Shown one piece after another: positions 1 to 13,928 of a stretch of 64,000 nt of DNA. Where the stretch lies: contig NOWV01000024.1 in NCBI GenBank assembly GCA_003344405.1, forward strand, positions 496,001 to 560,000, given 5' to 3'. Each line of letters opens with the position of its first letter. The first letter of the stretch is position 1. The DNA is from Trichoplax sp. H2 (lineage: Eukaryota). The position numbers and the translations under genes are program-made. The notes beneath the pieces were generated by a model. The model searched no databases, was not told the DNA's origin, and saw only the letters and a program-made list of their open reading frames with translations.

Positions 1-3000
1 TTAATTATTAGAGAAATATTATATTCTCATACTCATGAGCAAGAAAGCTCTCGCTCTTTATATTAAACAGTTTATCTGGGCAATATTAGCTAAAGATTGG
101 ATATTATGCTAGAAGTAATCATTCTTTTAGTTTAAATCATTAAAAATAGATGATAAAAAATTGCCGAAATTTCAGTTACGAAAACATAATTTCAATATAG
201 AACAAATAATTTACATCTTGTATCAAATTTTTACTACTATTGACATACGTGAGAGTATTTCAATTTAAAAATGAAATGAAACGATATCAACTTACATCCT
301 GATGAACAAAAAAATAACGAAATACTTATTCTTTGAGCTTAGGTATCGAACAGACCCTATCTAATTTGATGTAGTCAATAATTTATTACCTTAATTTATT
401 TAGTTATCCTGGCCGACAAGCCTTTTAATGTATTTAACCTGAAGATGAAAATTCCAAAATATGATCAACCCGTCAAGATCAAGCTCTTATATACTGTGCC
501 ACTGAATATAATTGAAATCACAGCTATTAATAACAAGCCTTCTAGTAAAACAATTTCGATACTAACCATTTGTTAGCATCTATTCATTGCTTGATAAAAA
601 AAATTATACCATTATGTCCAAGAATTGTTTTAGCCGATTTTGACGGAATACTATTAACTATTATTATCAAATTGCTGATTACCTTTGATGACAACTTTTA
701 TCCCTTATTTCATCACTACTGCTTTGACCTATTAATTCCAAATGCTTAGACAACTGCTATAAAGTCTCAACTATATTTGACTATATGCTTTAAGTTAATT
801 TAAATTTGAATACAATACTAACTTTATTAGTTAATATTTGGTTTCTTGACGAAATAAACAATTGTAAATTAATTATGTTCATTTGTGATTGCTGAAAATT
901 GAATAAATTGTTTTCATCATCGTCACTGAACTGTTATTCAATTCCTGTTTGTCCACCTGTTTAATATGACCAGCAGCAAAGTAATGACGATTTCTTGTGG
1001 GTTATTACACCGCTAGCATTTGCAACTATTTTCATATATTTTATCGTTTTGATAACAAAATTTTTTCCTATTCTGGAGACAAAAACTGCCAAGCAAGGCT
1101 TTTCATTGCATTATATTAATAAGGCATATTGTCTTATTGATAGTTCGATCAATACTCTTGTATTACTCTATCAGTTAGAACCCAGCAGAGAATGGGACAT
1201 AATTGTCTTCCCATTAAGCTTCAGGTGAAATTCCGATATTGCAATGACAAAAAATTAAAACTATTTTCTGCTAATGATTTTTTTATATGTGAAATAATAA
1301 CTCTAGATAACTGCTTTAATAGTGGTAACAAATCAGCGTCAATATATTTAAAATTGACATTATTAAAGCATAGGCGTCATTTAACGATTGAATGATTATC
1401 CATCACCTTTAATTGCATGGATGAATAACTCAATTCTATTTAACCTTAAGATGTCGATCTATTTGAAAACATGAAGTGAACATCGTTAGTCGGAGAGACA
1501 TGTCTTAATTTGGTACGACTCATTAATAAACGCAAGCAATAAGTCAATGATTCAACACGAACAAAACGATTTTCCGTATTTTTTCCCCTTTTATTCTCTG
1601 GTAATACCTATTTTGTTGTACCCTGAGGTGATCAAAGCAAGTACTATAGGTCAGGAGATGATGGGAAATTTTCTAAATTAATTATATCATCGAAATTCAA
1701 CAGAATATTTATTAATAGAATAGTAGACAATTACTGATCAATGTAGCGTTGAAAATCCTTTCCGACAAGCATTTGATTGATAATATTAAACTTTGTATAG
1801 ATTTAATTTAATCAGTAAATGAAATAACAAGGAGGGCTGTAATCTTAGACATCTAACATAATACAATAGAATATTTTTAATTAACGATCGTCAAAAATAA
1901 TCTAAATCGTCTAATTTTTATTTATTTTTTACTAATCTAGCAAATACTGATGTACAAACCCTTGAAATGGCGCATTTTTTTGCGTGCATTTCTTTTTCTT
2001 ATGCAGTAAATAAAAAGTTAATTGTTATGATAGTCATTTGTAGCTACATCAAATCATCATCATTTATCTGATTGATTGTGATAGCGTATAAATTACTAAA
2101 GATACAAAGGTTCTGTTTAAGAGTTTCACTTTTTCAAGTGTAATTTATAGGCACTAAACGTAGGTTGGACAAACTTTTTTGGCAGTAAATTTTGATTAGG
2201 CTATTACCACGACAACAAAAATAATAAATACTTAATCTGCTATCAGCAATAGAATTGCCTTCAATTTCAATTCAGTATGAAAAAAAAGCTAGAGGTACAT
2301 TATATAGAATATAAATCTACTGTCAAGGGAACTGCGATACTCGTACTTTGTAACAAAGTACTCGATTTAAGTATCTTGTAAAAACAGTAAGTCTTATTTA
2401 AGAAGGTAATAATGTGAATAATATATTACATATTTGCTTATTCCATCATCGGCTGAAGATATAGTACCTGAACTCTAGAATCTGTTATATTTGAAGACCA
2501 TTTACAATTCTGGTTCAGGATTAAATTTAGAAAACGAAAATAGTTGCTTTTTAGTGTAAATAATACAAATGTTTCGCTGATTAATGATTGATTACTAAAG
2601 CAATATGACGTAATATTATCTCAAAAGTTTATAACAGTATCATTAATACGTTTAAGAGCAAAAGTAATCGATACGTAATAGGAAAAATATTTTAAAATTG
2701 TTACGGTATGCAATAATGAATGGAAGCCAAAATCAAAGTACATTAAATTTTCTAAATCGCTTAAGACCAATATTTTAAGCAGAAATGGATGTTGTTTCCC
2801 AGGTGGCAAAAACAATAACAACAATTCTTATAACAATGCTATCCAGTAGAAAAAGTTAATAGATCATGAAGTCAGATCTACATTTTTACATTAAAACAAA
2901 AGATCGAAAAAGGAAACAAATAAATTGACCTCGATTATTTTTCCGGTCGTAAAGAAATGAAGTATTCTGAGATACAGTTGATTATGGTTGTTTTTTAGAG

Positions 3001-6000
3001 ATCAAAAGCAGCTTTGTTGTTTTATAATCGTATCCATTGAAATCAATAACATCTGAAATATCACTTTACAGAAAATCTATATAGGGGCTGATATAATTAT
3101 TGCTTAAGAAGGGATACTGATTGTTGGTGCTCTAAGATTAATTTCTTGCTTGATTAGTGATATATCTGGTAGTATTCATAGCGGAGGCATTAAGATAATA
3201 ATGAGCGTTAGTTAAGTAAAGCTAAATTCCCTATAAATACTTTAACTATTGTTGAACGAAGAAATAAAAAATAGCGAGGACGACTTTGATAGAGTCTCAA
3301 AAGCACTCTTAATTTCGGTCAGATTTATCAGCATAGCCGTAGCATTATAAAATGCACCTGCACTATAGTTTTAGTTTAAAATATCAGTATACTACGATAA
3401 ACAAAAAGTTAACTCCTATCTAAGCTTCTTCATCGTTTATTCAATTTGGATAACAATTTTATCTAGCAAAGCATAAAAGCTGCTTGAGTATTGTTTTACC
3501 TAAAGCGTCTACTTTTAACCTAGTCGTACCCTAGACGATTATTATATTGCAGTACGAAAGAGAACTTAACATACTATCATAGTTATTTCAAGTATTAAGG
3601 AAAAAGTTGCTAGAATTATAATCGATATGCATCGTCAGTTTTCTACCATTATTTTATCTATTTATCAAAAATAACAATAATGTCTACTTGGGATAGTACA
3701 AGACTTCAGCAAGATTATAATAAAATGTGACCTGAATTCTACAGAGTATTGCTAAGTAACACAAAATTTCTTTCCTTCAATATGGAAATGCCAATTATGA
3801 ATGAAAATTAGAGACAATAGTTTCTCAATTGCTGTAGTATATTTCGTGCCGAATATTGTGATCGTATTAAGTCGATGGATGAATTTATAACAATAAACAA
3901 AATCAAAATTGATCCTAAATTTAGTCGTGCCTAATAGGATCACTAGTCTTGATTAAGAACAGTTCAACTACCGGTCGGAATCGTACCGTAGGAAGTGAGA
4001 TCAAAATAGAGTATTTTACAGGATAATAAAATAAGGCATATTTGATCCGAAGGCATTTGCCATGCATGATTTCACAGTATGGTTTATGTTCAACCATGTA
4101 AGAAAATGAAGCATCGATAATTATAATTTGAATGGAGATATTGGCTGATACAAAGAGTAACGATCAGTGTAGTACCTTCTTCTCCTTTTCGTATTTAAAG
4201 TGATCGGGTATGATGGATGGAATTAAATTAAAGGTTAAAATATTACCGTAGTATCAGATAAGGATAGCCGCAAAGTTAGTCTATTTTACTCTGTTCCTTA
4301 ACTGTAATATCACACAACAGGACACATTAAATTATAGGCGGAGACGATACGAGAAATATACCATTGACAATACTCCTCAATGCCGAACGTATTCGTGAAA
4401 TAACACGCATCATATTTTGGCGAACAAGGTTATTTTAATTTAAAATAGCATTTAAATCCAATCAATGTCCGATAGCTGTAATAACTTTTACCATTAATAG
4501 CAGCCCAATAATAAAAATATTTTCAACTACGTTACACGTATGTAACTATTACTTCCTAATTAGTGAAGTACTGGTATTTCAAGATTCAGCTCTATATCGA
4601 TATCTACCATACTACGTAATGATGGGAGCATATTATCGCTCTCATAGATTGATGTTGTCAAAATCATTTTAACATTAAAATGCTTCTTTATGACAGAGAT
4701 CAATTGAATTGTGGATTAAAAGAGATGAAGATGAATCCCCTGAAGCTATCTTACTATAAAATTTGAAGATTAGATTTAGACAAAACCGATCCATCCTACA
4801 ACAGCCTTAGCTAATATTTTATTCAGATCGCAAGTTATTTATAAATTTCTACTGATAAGCATCAACTGTAGTGCTGCTTAATATCTCATCAAGACATGAT
4901 TTTTTCGCTATTTAAACCTAAATTCTTTAACTTAATGTTACTAACATCTCTCGATCATAAACGTCACCCGTAAATAGGGCGTAAATAAAATTTATCAACT
5001 TATGAGATCCTATGGCGGGTTAAAGACTAAATTCAATTTGCGATCATATCATTTCGGTACATAGTTTAATATCCGGTTTTAGACTTATGTAGGCGTTCTA
5101 AAATTCAATTACAGCAGTTTAATTCAATTTTAGCAACCAGGTGATAATAAAGATATAGTAAATTCTGACGGCTAGCACAGCTTGATTACTTCTTTTGATT
5201 GGTGTCTCATCTCATTAGTTAGAGTCTTCGACATAGCTTCGGACATACTATCATGCTTGACTAATTTTGATTTCGTTACAGATAGTATGAGTAAAAAGGA
5301 ATAGTATTGTGCTGATTGAAGCCATTTCAATAGTTAATAAATGAACATTACATTAATCAGGCCACCTTGAATGCTATGCTGCTTCACTTTCTAGCCGTCT
5401 TGTTCACGAGCGTTTTATTCTCCTTGCATGTAAGAGTATTTCGACAAATCAAAATATTTATTTAGTATCAGTATTAAAATAGCCTGAATGCGGTACCGAA
5501 TGAAAATGCTATGTAACTAAAAGCATTTATTAGCAACTGTATAAATATGTTCAGTCTATAAATAATATAATTAAACATGCAAGAACCAAGAAGATGGAGC
5601 AAGTTTGAGCTTTTTTAAACATGTTTGAGGTTAGGCTATCATTCTTGGATAATTTTTATTTCTTACTTTACAGCTTAGAAATCTTTTTGGTAAGTGTATT
5701 TATTAAAATAGCTAAAGGCTATCCGTAAGTAAGAGCTATCTTGAAATTCAAAATAAATGCTGGTTAGCCTTTAAAATATGGTAATGAATACTTAGCATTA
5801 TCAGCAAAAAAAATTCTAAATGCGTGTGAAAAATGAATACTAATGAACACTTAAAATATGAATTAAGTAAATATTAAAATTAATTTGCCTTTTAAAACTT
5901 CACTTTAGCTGAAATTGAGAGTTTACGGGATTATTCATAAGAGATGATCAAAATTATGAAATTAAGCCATCTGAAATAGACAATTCTTAACGTAAACATT

Positions 6001-7825
6001 CCTAAATTATTGAGCTAAAATCTCTATCCGGTCGTATAAGAAGTACTCATATTGATTTACTATCATCGAATTAACTTAGAATTCGTACAGTAATTTGGAC
6101 TCTTTTTATATAATTATCGGCATATGTATTTGAAATTCTCGAATTAGTCGTTTTATTGTGAAAAATAAATGATTATACGCTTATTAACTTAACTAGACAG
6201 TATCAGACGTTTTTTAATTCTATTACAGTAGATACTTGTTATTAACATCACTGAATAGTGCTTAAAATAATAGAATAAGATAACGGTTTTTTTATTCTAG
6301 TGAGGTTTGCTAACGCAGTGCTCATGTTGTGAACTAGTCGATCGAAAAGATTAGTTTACGAATATGCCAAATGGTTAGATATAAATAAATAGGTGTCCAG
6401 GTGTTTTGGGTAACGTCTAATGCTTTGCAATTATACAATTATCAGGTATGGTACTTTATTTCTAAATTATGTATATGAGTTCGTTTTAACTACTTTAGTT
6501 ACGTCTAGACATAGCTATTATAATGAAATAATTTTTGGTACATATATAGTGCAATTCACTTGCTTTTATTTCATCGCTTTCTACCAGTAGCAGAAAATCT
6601 CGTTAGCATAAATTATTCTAATGCTCTCTTCTACATCTAAGAGATGCCTTTAAAATAAATGATCAGACTATCCTTTACGAAATCGTAGCGGATGAAAAGA
6701 TTGAATAATTATGAAATTTTTCTGTTTAGCTTGCCTCTCATCTAGTATATAGTATTAAAGACCAGTAGTAGAGTTTTCGATCAAATTAAATCACAGAAGT
6801 TAAGATTTACTTGTCAGTAGACCTCTTTTGTCCTTTTAAGCTCAATCTGACCTTAATTTCCACTTCTGAAAGGCTTTATTCAAAAATTAGGCTTCTTAAC
6901 TTTTATAATTACTGTACAATAATTAAAAATTTTAATAACAATGGGAGGCTACTATAACCATGCACAATTTTCGTGCAATACAATTAATGTAATTTAATCT
7001 TTAATACAACATGTATGTTCGCAGAAATTTCCCGTTTACTGTCATTCGTAAGTCTTGACCTATATCTTTGTCTTCAATCACGAATCTGTAGTCGAAAAAT
7101 AAAATATAGAAATTAAACTGGACTTTTGGATCTTACTATTTATTTCCAATTGGAAATAAAAAGATCCTCAATATTCATACTAATAATATATATTAATTAA
7201 TGAATAATTCCGAGAAACTAGTGCAAGTATGGTACATTGTTTTAAATCTATATCTATGAATGTGTTCGCTCATTATCCACTTACAACTAGTAAGCAACAA
7301 AAATATACTGCAAAATTTTCATACTATTGCATCCCTTCATAATGATCACTAAATATCTAATAATGTGAGATCAAATTTTGAAGAGAATAGCTTAATTTTG
7401 ACTTTAAATAATTCATATATCTTACGACTAGTACAACGATATTGTACATCTATCTCTATCAAATGAATAAATGTCCTTATTAAATTTTAAAACTAAAAGT
7501 ACTAACTACAGCAAAATTGAATCGCAAAATGATTAACCGTGTAATAAGCTATAAAATACTTGGGTCGAAATAATCGAGTCTAAATCAGTTCTTTCTGACT
7601 AAAATTAAGCTGTTCAGCCCTATATGCAGCAATACATAATTATTATAATTCAATTTAAGTACAGAACCAATATTATTTTTATTTCCGTATTTTATGAAAC
7701 TGTAGCAAGGATTTCCATTCAGAGTTCAATTAAAATTAGTTCACATCCTATTTAATTTCAACACGATACATCATTGAAAGTAATTGCATTCGATTCATTA
7801 TATTGAAAAATTCTAAGAATGTGGA

Positions 7826-10800
7826 TTACAGTAATTTATATAACAAATACATGAATAATGCAACTCCATGACTACTAAAATACAAATTAGACCAAGTTCT
7901 CATGGTATAATTGGCGTCCGATTTCTATTGAATAGAAAAGTATTAAAATAAAATTGAATATATTTCGAAGTATATAAAATAGAAATTAAACTTCTTTATA
8001 AATTTATTCATTTTTGATAGATATACAAGGACATCTTTTTGATATAGTAGTTATAGAGAAATAATATATTAATTTATTATTGTTAGTATCAATGTGGTAA
8101 CTATGCAATAATATTGCGAACTAAATATGGAAAATAATAATATATTACTTCAGAAAGTTATACGCACTTTTACTCTCCAAATAAAACTAATGAAAAAAAA
8201 ATTAAGCTAAAATGTTGGCATTTATCAGAATTGAGGCTCTCTCTGACGTAAAATCTATCGGGTACATTCCTTGAGGTTAAAATAGATACTTTACGTAAGA
8301 ATCATCGTAACTGATATCAGTTAGCCAATTAATCATACTATCATTAATATTAGTATTTGATTGATAGCTTAATCTGTAATATCTTAATTTTACGAATTTA
8401 GTTTTACGTCTTCCTTATATTGTATTTCAAACGTTAAATAATTTTACTCGCATTTTTATGTTACAATAATGGAATCTTCACTAAAAATAACGATAGAAAT
8501 AGGGATTGAAGAGATACCTATCAATTCGCAAATAATTTATTTAACATAGCTTCTAGCAGCTGTTGTTGCTAACTAGTAGACATCCATATGTGCAAATCGG
8601 CATCAATAAGTGAACCTATATTTGTTAACTAGATCGGCATAATATAGCCGCAAAGCTTTAATCAGCTGGTCAATGGTGATTCTAATGCTGCTACTTATGA
8701 TGCGCATATGATAATATATCCATTGCGTGTAATTGACACTTGGATCCTGTGATGATTGTTGTTGAAGTTCCGAACAGTATTTCTCGCATATACACATTAC
8801 TACATGCTGTGGTTACGTTATAACTAACAGATACTATTACATTAGTTGCTTTAAAACCTCTTTTTAGCATTAGAACTGACAATGTAAATCTTAGTTACAT
8901 ACTTTACGCTAATAAAATGTTGATGTTGGGTTGATATACAGAAGTACGAAAAGCTAACTGATTGCAATATATCACTCAAAATAAGTAAGGTTAAATATAA
9001 AACTCGGTGCTAAATATCGATTTTTAATGAACAACTAATATAGAAATTAAAACAAGTGAGAGAAAGAAACAGCGTGATTCTAACTAGCCATTGCAAATTT
9101 TATATTAAGTACAACCTATCTGCTTAATGTAAGATCTGCTAACAATTTCTAATCTACTCATAGACTCTACTTACTCTAGCGTCATTTGAAATACCAAATA
9201 GTGCACCGAGGTATACCAAATGAAAATAAGCAATCAGGCTAAAGACAAGATTGATGGATATAGCTACAAAGGAAGGCTAGAAAGGAATAAATCCAATTTA
9301 TAATTGAAATACCCAATTTACCCTATCAAGCTGCACAGTAAAGTAGAAGATTATCGCAAAGGTTTTTTAATATTTTGTTGGTGTATGTGATTCTCGACAC
9401 ACTTAATGAATTGAACTTATGGCTGATGGAATAGTTAGACAAATAACTTTTCATTAACACTTTTGTTATGTAATAGCTCACCGCTAAGTGCAATCATTTC
9501 GCTTTTAAGATAAAGTCTATAATATCCTTTCATTTGTTGTCTGAGTAAACTAACCTCCTTATAGAAATGCTGACAACGATTTTTTTGACATTTTCTTGAC
9601 ATGATGCACGCATTCAATAACTGAGCTAATTTTTTCCGGAATACTGAAGTGAAGACCGTCCAGTTTATTCATATTTAATGTAATCATAAAATGAATAAAA
9701 TGATATCTCTAATTAATTAAAATCTTTTGATTGACATAGTTTGGCTAAGTGAAGAGTTAGTTAATCATAAGAGTCTTGTTGTAAAAGTAAAATTGCAGTA
9801 TCTTACGAATGTATCAAAAACGATATTTTCAATCATTCCATTAATACTTAGATATATCAAGGATAGTCTAGCAATGAAATGTAGGTAGATAGATATTCCC
9901 AGACTAATAAGTCAATACATGATACCAACTTTATGTTTATCAATTATAATTAATTATAATAAAGGAGATAGGCCAATCATCTACACTACAATTTTGCTAC
10001 TTTCAGGAAATTCTGTCTCTGGACATTATGCTTATTAAAGAGCATTTCATTATTTTTGGAGACTTATAAGCTCAGATATAATTAGATTAGCTAGTTTCCA
10101 ATCTCTAGCTTTATGCCATTGCAATATATATCTGAATTAATTCTAGTAAGAAATAACTAGAGTAATTTTCAAAGCAATAGTAAATTGATGCTTTCTATTT
10201 AACAATTTAAGATATATCACTTTCCCTACTATCATCTGAATTAGCTATAAATAAATTTTAAAAAGTTATAGCAACTGTCAAACATAGAAATATATTATTT
10301 AGTGAAGGTAAATGGTGAGAAGAGAGTCTGTTGTTCCTATTTTGGATTGTTTTTAAGCCGTTAAAACAGTTAAATACAACATGTAAAATACAATCTATAT
10401 AGGGGATTAGAGGATCAAATAGGCCAAATACATTATGTATCACTAATAGGTTACTTGAAACTTACCATGTTCAATGTATGCATAAACTCCAATAGATAGC
10501 AATATTGCGGATAGAGAAAAATTCAATCCCTAAAAGAGAATTGATATGCTGTACTTAATTGAAGTTCCATTTACAAATAATAGGTATATGAGTAAATCAA
10601 GAAGCTCCAGGAAATTAGAGTATTAGGGTGTTTAATACCTTCTTTAGTGTTAAGTTAGATGAATTATCTGTTAGCACGAGAAGCTACTCAAATGTTCTAC
10701 ACTATAGCGATATACTATCAGTAGTATATAGACACAGTGAATATTTACTATGCGATACGGCTGATTTAATGGTACCGTAGTAAATATAGATTAGCCGTTG

Positions 10801-13800
10801 TTTAATACGCTTGACTAAACATATATTCCATTTTACTAGTAGCAGCTAACTTGTAGTTGCCACGAACGAATATAAATGTACTAACGTGTAATAGAGCACT
10901 AGCAAAATATGTTGCAAATACCGCAAACCATTTGCCTCCAGTTATAGAAGGTTGATAAATATCTAACGGTAGAATAGTTGTATTAGCATAAAAAAATATG
11001 AACATGAAAAATCTTCATAAAATTCGTACAATGCTTGATTCGAAATAAGCGAAGAAAAATTGTAGTGTAATCTTACATTTTTTCAGCATCCAATGGATTG
11101 GCATGTTCCAGTAAATAACAACTTCTACCAATGATCTAGGTAATTCAATTCTTGAAGGTTTAACAACTTCATGTTGCCTGAAATTAAGAACAATTTTTGG
11201 TGGAAGATTGTCAAATTACCTTAAACATTTGTAAAAGGATATATGTTACATTAATACGAGTGTAAATTAAATGTAGACTATATCTATTAACTATCAAAAT
11301 AAGTTTCATTGCCTTCAATTGTCTTAATATCGATATTTGACGATGAATGTAGCAAATAATTATCTCTAATATTAATGATGATAGATAAAACTTTTTGCAG
11401 TTAGCTAACCAATCAAGACTTTCGTTATCTTCATGAGGCTCATTGAAATAACCTGACGCTAGGCTAGTCGCTTCCGATGTTAAGCAAACAAAGTAGTGAC
11501 TAAATCGAAACGATAGGGCAGATAGCCAGGCTATGATCCACCTTTAACGTATTGCAAAAAATAATAATTATATAATTAAAATGTGCAATACAGCAAATCT
11601 AAGCATCTAATGTACTATATCACAATTTTGAGCCTTTTTGTAACTAATTTTTGGCTAGCTTGCAAAATAATATCAAGTAAATACTGAAGCATCTAAGTAC
11701 TATACCAGAAATTTAAAGCTCTAAATTCTATTTAAAGAGCTTATTGTAAATAAATTACAAACTACGACTTAGACTTAATTTTCCAGTAACAATTTGGCTT
11801 ACTAATAACTAACAAGGCATGTATATATATTCTAGGCATTGCTGAGAGCAATGATCTGATTCTCCAGTTCGTGTATGAGTCTTTTAAAGCTAATTCCGTT
11901 CTTAAGAGTGAACAGTGGTATATTTGGGGAGAGAGTAAAAGATAAGCTGATTATGCTCGTTAAAAAGATATGTTCCATGACATACTTATTATTGTTACTG
12001 TGTTCTCGCAAACCAGAAGACACACAAGTAGATATTATTAGGCATATAAAACCAAGTATCAGCGATTTACAGATCGCATAGCTCCACCTCAAGTCCTATC
12101 AAATCATGAATCAATAAAAAGTATTATCAGACAATGAGATTGAATCATTAGTAGGATTTTATGCAGTTGGATAATGGAAAATGAGCCTAAATTTATAAAT
12201 GAATAAATGATTACAATTCTTCTATTGAAGATGCAGCGCTGATAATCATTATAAGTCATGAATGGGCCAAAAATAGCTGTGCCAACAAAATTACAGTATC
12301 CAAAACATTGCATAGGTGAAATAGGTAGGTGTACTTCTTTGCTATCTACATCAACAGCTAGAGCGATAAGTTTCATGGCTAAGACCATTTCTATCCCTAT
12401 TTTCAAAAATATAATTAATTCAGATTCTTACTTACGGCAAGAAATATACACCGGTTTTAATTTAAGACCGTTAAATTTTACCAAAAATTATTGTTACGTT
12501 AGTCAATCTGCAGCTGAATTAAATTCTTATACGTTATATGTAGGTCACCTTAGTTACAATACATCTTAACTTTATAATCTATGGTGGAGTAAATATAGAT
12601 TTGATATAATCGTAAATTTAGATCACCTGTTTTATTGCTACAAGCTAATATTTGTCGAGATGTAACATTAAATATTCTAGTACCGATTCTAAAATACTTA
12701 TCATGTTAACTGCCGACAATTAACTGAGGTGTGATGATAGGGATAAATATTAGATTAATAACACAATTTGGATACTTTTAAAAGAATACTGTGCTAACTT
12801 GATTCTTATCCATTTATCATAGCGAATTGATTGCCCTAAATATTCTTTTGCTAATTTTTAAAACTTGCTTTGATTGCCTTACCTCGTAATCTTTGCCACG
12901 ATTCTAGGTAAATAATTTCAAATTCGCTAATTTAAGATAAGAAGAATCTTAAATAAATATTATGTGTCGTATTTCAGAGTGAAACGTCTTAATACAAAAG
13001 GATTTGAAGATTACTCTATACTAAGGTTTAAAATTAAGTAAAATAGAAATTTAAATCGTGAAGAGAAAAAACAAATATCTGTAGCAGTAGCAATTCTACT
13101 CCATAATATTTCGTCATTTTTGATGCGAAATATTACTAACTAAACCTTCAACTTTCTTCTACAGTATCTTCAATAAGATTCTTTAATGTTGTCTATTAGC
13201 TTTAATATTCAGTTTTGATTTACTGTTAATTTTTTGAAATAGGAAATTGTTAACTGTGAATAGATAATAATATGAATAATATTTATACATTATATATTAA
13301 CGACTGAGTCCTAATACTCCTTCAGAAGACATACCTAACGCTCCATAAAACTTAACTTATAACAGTAGCTCTATATTCTTACACTATGAGTAGGGCACCA
13401 TAGCATTGCTATAGTGCCAGCAAGCTAACGAACTGAGCGTCTTTAAGTCATTAGTTTAGTTTGTACAGGTAAATCTATTTTCTATCAGTCTCTTATGTAC
13501 CATAGCATTAGATAGCAAACGGAAACCAGAGCCATGATAATACCGCGATGTCGATCAAAAAATCGAATAATTACATAACCAATCCAGGTTTCTACTAGTA
13601 AAACGACTATTTGACTTTCAAATTGAAGCCAGAGAACTAATGTGCCTGCTAGGCCTGCGAAAGCATGATTAATGAAAGTGTATTGTTGATGAAATGGATT
13701 ACAAAAAACCAAAAGACGAAATAGAATACAGGGATAGAAGTTTAAATAATGATTGAATAGTATTTGACTAAGTAATGGAATCATGCATTCATAATATTGT

Positions 13801-13928
13801 TGAGTTATATAACTAAACCACGTCTGCGGTGATGATAAAGTTGAATCCAACATTAGGTTTATTAATTCATTGGAACCAGGATATTCTGAGTCTTTACTTA
13901 GGTATAAATCAACATTACCGTCTTCCAT
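7826..13928 (-). CDS. PORCN: Porcupine, Wnt protein-serine O-palmitoleoyltransferase (MBOAT family), 11 coding exons, ~475 aa
   Basis: Manually spliced GT-AG exons with consistent phases: 13928-13501, 12926-12883, 12396-12215, 12095-11986, 11541-11410, 11177-11077, 10962-10886, 10529-10466, 9643-9555, 9276-9175, 7924-7826 (1428 nt). The translation has Porcupine hallmarks: RGIEMVLAMKLIALA, FVGTAIFGPF, SFRFSHYFV, KPSRIELPRSLVEVVIYWNMP, YFASALLHGLNF (catalytic His), NACIMSRKC..RCQH and a C-terminal YTMRTWSNLYFSSH. An acceptor 7 nt upstream of the ATG suggests a non-coding first exon. Confidence 0.95.

Noticed and set aside
995..1395. Overlapping 77-aa and 67-aa ORFs
   Set aside because: No recognisable motif or exon chain; composition is typical of random AT-rich ORFs.
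8603..8882. Two minus-strand ORFs in the last PORCN intron
   Set aside because: No Porcupine similarity; the true terminal exon is 7924-7826.
11803..11808. Possible 6-nt microexon at the position of the vertebrate PORCN microexons
   Set aside because: Inclusion gives AAT TAT TAG, an in-frame stop, and the splice signals are ambiguous.
11875..12569. Plus-strand ORFs of 68 and 103 aa
   Set aside because: Antisense shadows of PORCN exons.
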